64,000 nt of DNA from Zancudomyces culisetae HAW-14-8. Its lineage: Eukaryota > Fungi > Kickxellomycota. The stretch covers positions 1,798,001-1,862,000 of the forward strand of contig JBNJNM010000011.1 of the NCBI GenBank assembly GCA_052426225.1, written 5' to 3'. A program made the translations under genes and the position numbers. The number at the start of each line of letters is the position of its first letter. Within the stretch, counting starts at the first letter, position 1. Below the pieces are notes generated by a model that was given only the letters and a program-made list of their open reading frames with translations, had not been told where the DNA came from and made no database searches. This document shows, in pieces, positions 49,499 to 60,800 of this stretch.

Positions 49499-50438
49499 TT
49501 AGATAAATCCAATCTTGTTTGCTACATCAAGAGCGTCAACATCAGCAGTTAATCTTACATAGGCCTTCTTATATCCATCAGGACGGACAAGTGTGTTGAT
49601 CTTCAAGGCATTGACGTCGTATAGCTTCTTAACAGCATCCTTAATGTGGAATTTGTTTGCGCGGACATCGCACAAGAAAACAAGGGTGTTGTTGTCTTCG
49701 ATCTTTTTCATGGCGGTTTCGGTAGTAAGTGGTCGCTTAATAACCTCGTATTCGTCCAACTTTGACATCCTTGGGACTGAAACGCGTGCATATTTAGGGT
49801 TGCGTGGGAGTCTGAGTGTCTTTGGGCGTCTGAAGGTGGTTGTTGTACGTACCTTCTTGGCCTTGTGGCTCTGTACACCCTTCAAAGCAGATTTGCGTGC
49901 TTGCTGGGCCTTTGAGACTGCAACTATTTAAACATTATCATTATAAAATTAGATGCTGCAATCGCTTTAAACACATTTACGTATTCAAACAATACCGGGG
50001 TAATGGACAAAGAAACGCCATCAATCTCACCAATTCAATTAATCGCTACTCTCTGTAATGCACGCTAATAAACAAACCGCACATAACCCATCAAAAGCGA
50101 TATATCTTCTTATATCATTGTTCTAAAACTCCAACACAGTAAATAACAGCATTTTATCACCACACCCTTTAAAAACTCAGCTCTTTCGGAAAAAAGATAC
50201 GGAAATGCTGTTGAATATCCCAGTGGAATTCTGTGTTGGATTCTTTCGTACGCATTTCGGATTCAAAAATAAAATACAAAATATCAATTTTGAATCCTTT
50301 GGCTTGCTTAACAAAAAGTGCGGTATACGGTCGCTCCTCTCACTTCCATGTTCATGCATACATTCGATATCACGACAATAATCCACCTTCAAAGCATATT
50401 GTTTCACTGTACTTACCGTTCTTCTTTACTGGTGCCAT
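49499..50438 (-). CDS. RPL25: 60S ribosomal protein uL23 (L25/L23a); exons 50438-50417, 49923-49499
   Basis: [47 protein letters not shown]. Short first exon MAPVKKN, then a 493-nt GTAAGT...ATAG intron. Confidence 0.97.
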
Positions 50439-50848
50439 TTCTATATATTTTTATCCGTCCTAGAATAAGAAAAGATGAGTATTAATCTTTTAATTTGAAG
50501 ATTTGATTCTAATACAAGAAAAAATAATTACACAAATTTTTTTGTTCTTTTTTCAAAGTAAATAACCCAAGCGTAAAATAGTTCAATAAAATTTTGCACT
50601 AGGTAAATTCTATATTTTTATTGGTTAATAAAAACGCAAATTTTATGTAAACTTGCAATTGGGCTTTCTGTGTGCTATCAAGTGATATATCATTTAGAAG
50701 GTCGAAACTCATTGAATTGGTGAATACGCTCCTCAGACTAGTGAGCAACTTTATATAAACCTTAAATAAGCAAAAAAATAAAATAAAATACCTCAAGTAT
50801 ACATCTTTTCTTTATGGCAAAAAGCAAATGTTCATAAACGTACATACT

Positions 50849-52447
50849 CTACGGGTAAAATCCCAAATCAAAAAGTGTTTTTAGAATACTAGGGAATGTT
50901 ATGTTTACAGCCCTCTTGGTCAAATAAATCGACAACTCCGTTGAGACAAGAAAACAGAAAAGATCTGCTATAGCACTTTGACCAAACCCGCTATAGAGTG
51001 CCGAAGCTCCTCCCGATTTGAATGTTCTAATAAGACAGTCAAAGAATCCACTATATTCAACATCCATTTTTATCACCTCCTGCGTCATCAGCTTAAGTAA
51101 GATAGCATCGACTGGGTATAGGAGCAGTTGAGTGAGTATGTTGGCAAGACTGTAGCCTAGGATTGTAGACAAAAACCGGATAATGGCTTGGTTTACGGTT
51201 TTTTTAACCATGACCTGTGTCTTTTTGTTTATTTTAAACCCGATGGCATCGTCAAACTCATCAAACGGCTCGCTCTCACTGTCGTCATTAATTGGAGCCT
51301 CGTTAAATGCCCTCAGTGTGTTAAATTTACTTGTTTTGCTTTTCTTTGCAAGAATTCTGGTAAGTGATAACCCGTTCATAAATAATGGCTTTGTAAAGAA
51401 ATAAAAAACAAGCTCTATTATACCCGCCGCTACATAGTCTCTGACATAGTTAGCGACAACCGATGTTTCCTTGAGATTTTTTACTATGCTGAAAAACGAA
51501 CCGAATGTACTAAAGGTTTTATCGGCTCTGATACCATAGGAGTTCCTGTGATCCTCCCCACCATTAATTACCCGTTCAACAAGCGCTTTTCTCAAAGTAG
51601 AGTATGTAATGTAATAAAAAAAATCGTCAAATCTATGTTTGTAGCGAATTTTAGCTTAGAATTGTTTTGCTATACGATGATATATATTACATAACTAGTG
51701 ATAGATAATAAACATTAACATACAATACCCCACATAACCGCCTGTAGAACTTTGGTATTTTTACTTCAAAAATCCTCGAAAATATGAGTTGAGCAGTAAA
51801 TTTCGCATAGTGCAAAAATTTGTAGTTTACCAACCCGAAATAACCATTGAATACTCGAAAAAGTCCCTTATTCACTACATTTGAAAACGCACGAGTCACG
51901 CCGTAGAATGGATAATTAAAAAACGATGGGTTCGTCCCAAATACCTAGATTTTTATAGTTTTTTTTTTTAAATTTGCGGCAATATTCTATCATTCCAGTT
52001 GTCAGTCGCTTCATTTTTACAAGAAAAACGCCTTAAATTACCATCGTATGACCTCTAACCGCAAGAAATGGATACCTCATTAAGCTATCATTGAACGTGA
52101 TATACGTTCGTAGCTGTGCCCAAGACATCAATTCATCTATTTTACACACACAAATAAATTCAATACATTTATATTAGCATATCTCTATTTGGAGTTTTTA
52201 AAATTTTAGTACCATCTAGATTCTTTTCTTCTTCCTTAAACTCGATTTTGCTTAGAATGGTCTTTTCGGCAAAATCCATCTCCTTTTCTATATTTCGATG
52301 CCGCATTCTGCATAAGTTTGGCTCTTTTTCATATTCGTACACATCAAACGCATGCTCTTCCACGTCTTCAACCTTTTCATTCTTTTCGTCGTTGGCATTT
52401 TCGGTATTCTTTCCAAAAGCCGCCTCTACCCTTGCTGTATTCACCAT
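50849..52447 (-). CDS. Divergent mitochondrial carrier, SLC25A46/Ugo1-like; exons 52447-52213, 52136-52042, 51944-51724, 51632-50849
   Basis: The spliced product contains YPFLAVR..M..NYPF..KGLFRVFNG and LLYPVDAILLKL...YSGFFDC...GASALYSGFG (carrier Px[DE] and G...[YF]xG motifs). Three frame-consistent GT-AG introns. Confidence 0.7.
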
Positions 52448-53467
52448 TTTTGCAATTTTGTTTATTTTTCTACGACCTGTATTTTGTCGTTGCTTTTACT
52501 ACCATCGTTACTAATTCTCAAAATACAAAAGCTTGCTCAGTTTAAACCCGCAATTTGTATAGACCAATTTCATTTTGTCAGTTACGTCAATTTGATTCGT
52601 TAGAAATTTATCGTTTTTTTCACTCTTTTTCATTTATTACCTAAGCTAACATTTTCATGTGGTTGGGTTTACAAAACTAGGAGTAGCACTAAACAATTCC
52701 ACATATATCAAAAAGCCATCACTACAGCGGTAATGTCATTTGTTGTTCGTACTTTTTTCTTCCTGTGTTAGATTTTGCAAACCATCTATTATTTTTGAGG
52801 CTGCCAATCTGATTGGCATCAGTTATATCATTAGTTTCCCTTTCCTAATGAAATATTTATAAGGTAGTGTGCCTTTTTATTTTGAGTTTACATTTATAAA
52901 ATGAGTCAAACATACAATACCCACCAGTATTCACTTAATGTACCAAAAAAAAAGCATTTTCAACTCTATTTGGAAGTATGTGTGCCACTTTCACATTGTA
53001 TGTATCACTTTCAGCACCATCCAACCCTTTACATCGACTCTGTATTAGTCGTTAAACGGCTGACACAGTTAACAAGACAACTATATATGTCTTTTGTGGC
53101 GAGAAATATTGTTTTTCTAAAATATTTATGTTTACTGTGAGACTCCTATCTTGATATTTATGATTAAACTTTGTTTGTGTGGTTTTAGAAACCAATCTTG
53201 ACTATAATAGTTCATTCATCAGTTTGTAGAAGGCTCGAGTATGATATTAAATAGGTTTCGGTGGTATACTTTAAGTATTCTGTAATAAAAACTAAATAAA
53301 AGAAATTTTATTCTCTTGTTCAAGACTAAAATTCTTAACATCGATTACTACTTTGAAAATATACCTTTATTGATATTGTCTATATTCAATAGTTTGGATT
53401 CTAAAACACTAGTCATTTTCGCCTAAATAGTATCTGTTAGCAGCTGCAGGTTAAGGTACAAAGGACA

Positions 53468-54241
53468 ATGCTTAACAAAAACAAGTACAAAAGGGTAATA
53501 GTGCGAATCCTGAGTATAGGAGTATTTGGTCTTTTGCTAAATCTAACGTTTAGTAACTGCGGTATTCCTTCGTCGCCCACCAACAGCATTGGCACTGATG
53601 ATATAGTTAAAGAAGGGGAGGATCCGCTGGTATACGTTGTAGCCGTTTTGGGGGTTTTCGCTGGAATATTCTACGTCTTTTGGGGATCGATTTATATAAA
53701 ACCAGCTATTTTTCTTTCAGCTCTCACGCTATCATTTTTAGTATACCTGAAAGCCATCTCAAGTCTATTGAACGATTTTGATATCAAAAAGTTGGAGGCA
53801 CATTTCATAGTTATTGGATGTATCATAGGTGCTGGGTTTGGCACAATATTGTTAAACTTTTTTGTTGTTGGATGTTTTACGTTGGGCTGCTTTTTGGGAT
53901 ATATGATGTCAGCTTATATAATTGCAATCATAAAAACAACACTGAGCCTGAATACAACCGTAGTATCTATAATTCTTGGTGTGAGTGCCTTAATAACCGG
54001 AGTTCTTATATTTGTGTATCCAAAGCCTATTGCAATAGGATCGACCTCGTTTGGAGGGTCTGTCCTAACATTTATGGCTATCGATACCTTTGTGAAACAA
54101 AACTATGGAAGTGCAATACAATCCGTAATAACTGGCGCCGATTACCAGCATAAAGGTGTTGGTATTTGGTTGATAGTCATGCTAGTGCTAACTCCAATTT
54201 ATGCATTAGTAGGAGCTTTACACCAACACTTAGCGGATTGA
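53468..54241 (+). CDS. DUF4203/TMEM198-family multi-pass membrane protein
   Basis: FWGSIYIKPAIFLS, GCFTLGCFLGY, STSFGGS...AIDTFV, VGALHQ; Gly-rich TM helices. Confidence 0.75.
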   Translation: MLNKNKYKRVIVRILSIGVFGLLLNLTFSNCGIPSSPTNSIGTDDIVKEGEDPLVYVVAVLGVFAGIFYVFWGSIYIKPAIFLSALTLSFLVYLKAISSLLNDFDIKKLEAHFIVIGCIIGAGFGTILLNFFVVGCFTLGCFLGYMMSAYIIAIIKTTLSLNTTVVSIILGVSALITGVLIFVYPKPIAIGSTSFGGSVLTFMAIDTFVKQNYGSAIQSVITGADYQHKGVGIWLIVMLVLTPIYALVGALHQHLAD

Positions 54242-56094
54242 TACGTAGTATTCGTCTTTTAGAGTTACTGTCTTTAATTATTCATACCCATATTAGCTTT
54301 GTATGTTTATTTAGCCGTTGACGCCTATTAGTACTTACTTGCGTTACATTGGTATTGAGACTACATGTTTTGTGTTTTTATGTTTTCTTATAGCCAGAGT
54401 CGCTTAAATAAAGCTTTTGTTGATATTTGTTGAGGCTCCGTTTAAACCAAAGGAGAAAAACGGTTTGTTGATATTTTTGCAGTTGCTACTAGCCCCTTTT
54501 GGAAAACTCGAAACCAGAAAACCAATCAACTACACACCCTCACTCGAAGTTGGGTAGAATTGAATCAGGAATATAAGTACTATTTATAAATGGAAATAAA
54601 ACCGAGTTGTATATGTTGTGTTGGGGGTAACACACATATAAAGCGGGTCTATATTATCATTTAGTTCTTGCTTGTACCTACCTATTTGTTTTTGTTTTTT
54701 CAATAAATTTATATACAAATTTATTTTAAAAAACTACTCTTTACACAACCCAAATAAAAGATTTAATCAGCCGAAAATGGGTCGCCAAATCTTTTTTTGT
54801 GGGGAGGAAATGGATTGTGCAAGAGAATAGAGGCGACACTTCTTGGCTCTAAACATACTAATAACGGTTTCAGCTACAGTTCAAGGAGGAGGCACCTGTA
54901 AACATTCAGGTAGAATGTCCAAAAACATAGGTATTTGTATAATTGAGCTCGGAGTCAAAAGTGAAATTTACCCGCAAAGCAAAGCAAACCGTTATCATTT
55001 GTTGTTTCAGAATGGATCATTGGATAGATGCAGCATTAAGTCATATATTTGTTTAAACAGGTAAGGGTAATATGCAAATATTCCCCCATCAGGTTTGTTT
55101 TTATAAATAATTTTGTGCGAAATATCAACATTCGTGATTAAATCGGAAAAAGTTGGTTTTCGCTTCTGTACTTCGGATGTTCATAATTACTTTACTTATT
55201 TTAGCTACTTTACCTCATGATGTTCTTTTACTAACCTTACATGATTGTGTTCTTTATTCACGGCTTTTTATAATTTGTTTACTGCTATTTTTGTTTATAA
55301 ATGCATGGGAGAATTTAGAAGAACTGACATTTGGGTTATATTTAGCTGGTTAGACTTTTAGTTCATGGTAAAATCATAACAATGATATGAAGCAGCATTA
55401 TTCTATATACCGAACTGTTGAGAAATTACAAAGAAATGCGTAATGATGCAACAATTAAGGATCTATCATGTGAAAACTTTAATGTGAAAAAACATTGAAG
55501 TATTGTATACAAATACGCAACATAGTGCGTTTCTGTCCTTGAGTAGTTTTCAGTATCCTTGTATAGAAAAACACCGAAGTATACCCAAATAGTGGCAATG
55601 AAAAATTATACAAGAAACAGGCTTGAATATCTATGCAATTGGATATAATTAGTTGTGGTCCTTGGATTGAAAGAGGAAAGGATGTGTATCCCCAGTTAAA
55701 AAAAACGAGTAAAGTTCTATAAATGCAAGCTGGTTTTATCGTTTTCTACTTTTATGAACATTGTACAGCAAATATAATTCCCCAATATTTTATTTTCTAA
55801 CATCAAAAAGGATGATGTATGGTCACACCTACACATCTTAGAAAAAAGACCCTATATATTTCTAATAAATGGAAAAACGGCAAGATTCAATATTTTTTGT
55901 CTTATAAGGCACATAAAAGGGATATTAATTCTTTTTAGTACACTAGTTATCATCTTTTTTTTTTCCACAACTCGACAATAAGTTGAAAAATATAAATATA
56001 AATATATATACTTTATAAATCTAATATAAGAAAAGACGAGGACAAAACGACAGGAAAACGACAATAGATATATTGCTGATAGCGCCACATAAAT

Positions 56095-56850
56095 ATGCAG
56101 CTAGAGAACAAAACAAACCGCGCGAGCACACTGATCCATGTGCTACTATTTTTCTTGTGTGTACTCGTTGCAAACGCGGCACCCACAGCTTTAGGACAGA
56201 ACGAACCTCCTTTGGATTCACTGAATAGTGTTTCAGCAATGATAATAGGCGGGATTGCAATAGGTGCAGGTATATTCTTAGTATTCTTGGGATACAAGCT
56301 GATCGTGCCTACGTTATTCATAGCTGGAGCTGGATTTTCAATAGCGATATATTTCCTAATTTTGCGTGCAGCTAACGTAGCGACTGCATTTGACAAACTA
56401 GAGACACATTATCTAATCATTGGAGGAGTTATTGGTGTAATCGCAGGTGTATTAGCAGTGCTACTGAAAGATGTAGGCTTCTTTGCTCTTGGATGCTTTT
56501 TGGGATACACAAGCTGCCATTATATACTTACAATAGTAGCATCATTTACTACCGTGTCAAACACAGTATCTTATATCATAGTTGGATTGCTCGTTATAAC
56601 TGGTGGTGTATTAATTCTTTTGTTGAAAAGACCATTTACGATAGTAGCAACAGCTGTTATAGGATCTATAGTAACATTCACGGCAATCGATATCTTTGCA
56701 AGACAGGGCTACTATAATCAACTCAACAGCATAGTACGCGATCTCAGTCTTAGTGGTGTTGGAACAAAGTCAGGGTTGGTAGCAATGCTGGTACTAACAC
56801 CAATATTTTCGCTTATTGGGATATTAGTTCAATTTTCAACTACAGGCTAG
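56095..56850 (+). CDS. DUF4203/TMEM198-family multi-pass membrane protein (paralog of 53468-54241)
   Basis: FLGYKLIVPTLFIAG, GFFALGCFLGY, ATAVIGS...AIDIFA, IGILVQF; N-terminal signal-like segment. Confidence 0.8.
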   Translation: MQLENKTNRASTLIHVLLFFLCVLVANAAPTALGQNEPPLDSLNSVSAMIIGGIAIGAGIFLVFLGYKLIVPTLFIAGAGFSIAIYFLILRAANVATAFDKLETHYLIIGGVIGVIAGVLAVLLKDVGFFALGCFLGYTSCHYILTIVASFTTVSNTVSYIIVGLLVITGGVLILLLKRPFTIVATAVIGSIVTFTAIDIFARQGYYNQLNSIVRDLSLSGVGTKSGLVAMLVLTPIFSLIGILVQFSTTG

Positions 56851-57022
56851 TTTTTTTTTTTTTAGTAGGGAGCATCGATCATTTTAAGGTTTGTTATATT
56901 GTCTACTTACTTAATCGTTAAAATATATTTAGCATCAGTGACTAATGTTGCTTTAAATAAATACTGATGCGCCAAAATACAAAACAAATAACGACAAAAC
57001 AGAGTCAATCTGAACTCACGCG

Positions 57023-57093
57023 GCGTTAGTAGTATAGCGGTAGAATAGTTGCCTTCCAAGCAATTGGCCCGGGTTCGACTCCCGGCTGACGCA
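57023..57093 (+). tRNA. tRNA-Gly (TCC)
   Basis: Acceptor GCGTTAG/CTGACGC, anticodon stem GTTGC/GCAAT with TCC at 57055-57057, T-arm CCGGG-TTCGACT-CCCGG, downstream T-runs; intronless. Confidence 0.97.
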
Positions 57094-57556
57094 TTCGTTT
57101 TGCTTTTAACTAGCTTTTCAGTCAGCACACCTAGGGGAATTGGTTGGATAGATATTGTGCGAGATTTCCTTTTTGTAGTTTTTTTGTAGTTTTTTTGTAG
57201 TGTATATATAAAATGCCCACCAAGCAAAATAAAAGTGTAGTATAACGCCCTACTAATTGCGCATCGATGTAACTCAATGTTATTTGCAGATTCGAGTTAT
57301 GGGTTTATTTTCTTGCAAAGTCAAGAACAGTTATTCTAATAATAACGGATGGTAAAAGTAAACTTCCTCTGGTATAATGCTAATAAAAATACAACGCTTT
57401 TTGTGCTTTACTCAACCGAAATAAGATAACAGTATTAATCTTCTTCATCCGTATATCAGTTGACGATTTATGGACAGTGACAACTTTTGCAAAATACAAC
57501 ATAAAGATATACGAAATAAATAATGGGGACGTATAAACAACCATTTTGGTAAATCA

Positions 57557-57570
57557 GCGGGAAATTTCAA
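57557..57570 (+). promoter_or_regulatory. E2F-like site (GCGGGAAA) directly followed by CHR-like TTTCAA in the POL1 promoter
   Basis: The sequence GCGGGAAATTTCAA lies about 260 bp upstream of the POL1 ATG. Confidence 0.35.
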
Positions 57571-57823
57571 TCAGAAAAATGTATTTTTCTCGTATTCGCT
57601 AGAATTGTTTATTTTGATTTTTTACCTTTTTAGCTGCTATGTAAATCAGCAAATGAAACAACAAAGTGAGTTTTGATGTAAATAGACATTTCACTAACTA
57701 CAAAATCGCAAACTTGGACTACAGCATTCTTATTCCTTATTTTGAATAGATATTGTTATATAGGAAATTTATTCAACCGTTCACAATCTACAAGAATACG
57801 CGGCAATAACCATATTGTGAATA

Positions 57824-60800
57824 ATGGAAAGGCAAAAGCGCACTCCGGTGGGTCGGACAGCAAAAAGTCGAGACAAATTTTCGGCAATACGTAAAGTTAG
57901 AGAGAATTTGTTGACAACTTCCGAATATCTGGAGGTACTAATTTACTTATTCTTGGATATTATGACTATTGTTTTATCAAACGTATAGTAGCAGATATAC
58001 TTTAGTAACAGTACTGTGTCGACTGGAATTGTATTTTTGACACATTGTTTTGGTAGAATATAAATAAGTATTGACTTTTTCTTGAAAATGAAAATTCGAA
58101 TAGAAGGATGATGTAAATGGGAGTAATTTCTATGAAGAGGTAAGCGAGGGAGAATATGAAAAGGCAAAAATCGAAGAAGAACGACTGGATGACTTCATTG
58201 TTGATGATGATGGAACATATGCCGAGGGTTTGCACACTTTTGATCATAAATACCATTACTACTCTTCTGAAGAAGAAACCGGAGAAAAGGCCAAAAGCGG
58301 AAAGGGAAAATCCAGAGGAAAAGGAAAAGAAAAAGAAAGGGCTTCTGATGAGGCTAATAGAAAGGGAAGTGATAAAAAACGGGCCATGATGAACCCTTTC
58401 TTCAAGGCGATGCAAGAAAAGGCTGTAAATAGCAATGGTAACTTTGGTGAAGACAAGGTACGTGATATTATATACACTGAATCTTTTGACACTGAGAAAA
58501 TAGTATGCAGTGTTTAGTAGAATTAATTTAAACTCACTTCCATCTATCCATTTATGTTAATTAATGTCATTTTTGACGAATAATCAACTAGAAAGGGCAA
58601 GCAGATGAAGAGCAGTTTATGAATAACCTATTGGGTGGATTGGGCGGGGGTGGAAAAAAGCAACAAACTAAAAAAAGAAAGTCTGTGACAGAGCATGTTG
58701 GCAAGTTAACCAAGCCTCAAAGATACGTACATCCAAAGCTTTCTATGGTTGAAGAGGAAAAGGTAAATCATGGAAACCATAGCAAAAAGATCAAGAGTGA
58801 ACAAGACAAGGTTGTGCAAGAAATAAAAAACGAACTACAAAACGACGAATATGCGATGGAAACGGTAGATGAGGAACCATTTGAGTTTGAAAATCAGGAT
58901 TTTAAGGTCGATATCAAGGATTTGGACCTTGAAGCCACGTTCAATGATGATAACGAAAGTGTGGCTGGCGAGTTTAGCAAAGAAGAAATAGAAGAGCTTA
59001 TAAGAGATGAAACAAAGGGTATGGACGACTGGTTGGCGGTTCAGAGAGGGATACTAATGGATAAAACAGAATCACAAGCTTCAAGTCAAGGGAGTATAAA
59101 AAATAATGATCTATATCTGGGAAGTGACGATGTGCGTGACGATTATGAGTTTGAGAGCATAGATATGTACTGGATAGATGCATATGAAAAGAACGGGACT
59201 GTGTACTTGTTCGGAAAAACTGGGAGGGGTACAAACAAGAATGTGTTGACAAGTGTTTGTGTTGTTGTAAAGGACATAGAAAGAAATATCTTTGTTTTGC
59301 CAAAAGCGATGAAAGATGGTGCTGAAAGGTATCCAGCATCACAGGCCTACAAGGAAGTAGAGCAAATACTTCTAAAGCATGGTGTAAAAGAGTTCGCAAC
59401 TAAACCAGTCCAGCGAAAGTACGCGTTTGAAGACAGTAGTGTCCCAGCAGCTGCAGAATATCTTAAGGTGGTATATGGTTTCAATTATCCACAGCTTCCT
59501 TCAGATCTCACGGGAGAAACCGTTGATAAAGTGTTTGGAACATCATACTCGGCTCTAGAGTTGCTGCTTCTTAAACGTAGAATCATGGGTCCTTGTTGGT
59601 TACGAATAGCAGGAATTCAGAAATCCTCGCCAAAGGTAATGATAACTTTTTAAATGTGCTTAGTTTATAATTTCCGATCAAGTACTGAACCTGAAAAAAA
59701 CGTTAATTTGTAGATATCCTGGTGTCGACAAGAGTATGTGGTAAATAATCCAAAAAATATTAAAGTATTAACCGAACAGGAGCGGGAGGAGCTGAAGTAT
59801 CCACAAACACCGCCGCTGAGTGTTGCAGCAATAACTCTAAAGACAGCTCTGAACCGAGCCAAAGAATCAAATGAAATAGTTGCGGCTAGTTTTATGTGGG
59901 TTGGGTCATTGAATGTTGAGGATAACTCGTTTAATGCAGTTAGAGCAAATGAACATGTAACTATGATTAGACAGATGGAAGGAATACCGTTCCCTACAGA
60001 CTTTGAAAGACTAGCTACCCAGCAAACACAAAAGGCTATTGAAGCACGAGGAAAGCAAAATATTCAAGTTTTTAAAACCGAGCGGCTGTTGTTGTTGTCG
60101 TTAGTAGCGATGTTGGCCAGAACAGACCCAGATGTTATAGTTGGACACAACTTTTTGGGATTTGGGTTGGATGTCTTGCTACATAGAATGAAAGTGGGGA
60201 AAATCGCGGATTGGTCGAAATTGGGAAGAGCAAAACGCAGTGTATGGCCTAAATTGCAGACTGGTGCGGGAGGAATGGGAGAATCAACATTTGAGGAGCG
60301 GCAAATAATGTCGGGTCGGATTGTCTGCGACACATATCTAACAGCCAAGGATTTAATCAAATCAAAAAGTTATGGTCTAACCCAGTTAGCTCTTTCTGAG
60401 CTGCATATAAAACGAGAAGACATGCCACTAGATCGGATTGAAAAGGCCTACACGGAAACTAGCTCACCAGAGCCTCTACTTCATCTCTGCAAACACACAG
60501 CATTTGATGCAAACTTGTGCGTTTCTTTAGCGGTTAAGATACAGGCGTTAATGTTAACAAAGCAGCTGACTACACTTGCAGGAAATCTGTGGTCTCGAAC
60601 CTTAGTTGGAGCCCGTGCAGAACGAAATGAATTTCTTTTGCTACACGAGTTTTATAGAGAGAAATATATCAGACCAGACAAGTTTTCATTTAAACTATTG
60701 AAGAAGCCAAAAAATACCGAGGTCGGAAGTAAATCCAATGCCAACATCAATGCCAATGCCAATACCAACGCCAACGCCACTTTAGATTCTGAAGTTATTG

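Noticed and set aside
52802-52818. TGCCAATC-T-GATTGGCA inverted repeat
   Set aside because: Short; best explained as paired CCAAT boxes in a divergent promoter, or chance.
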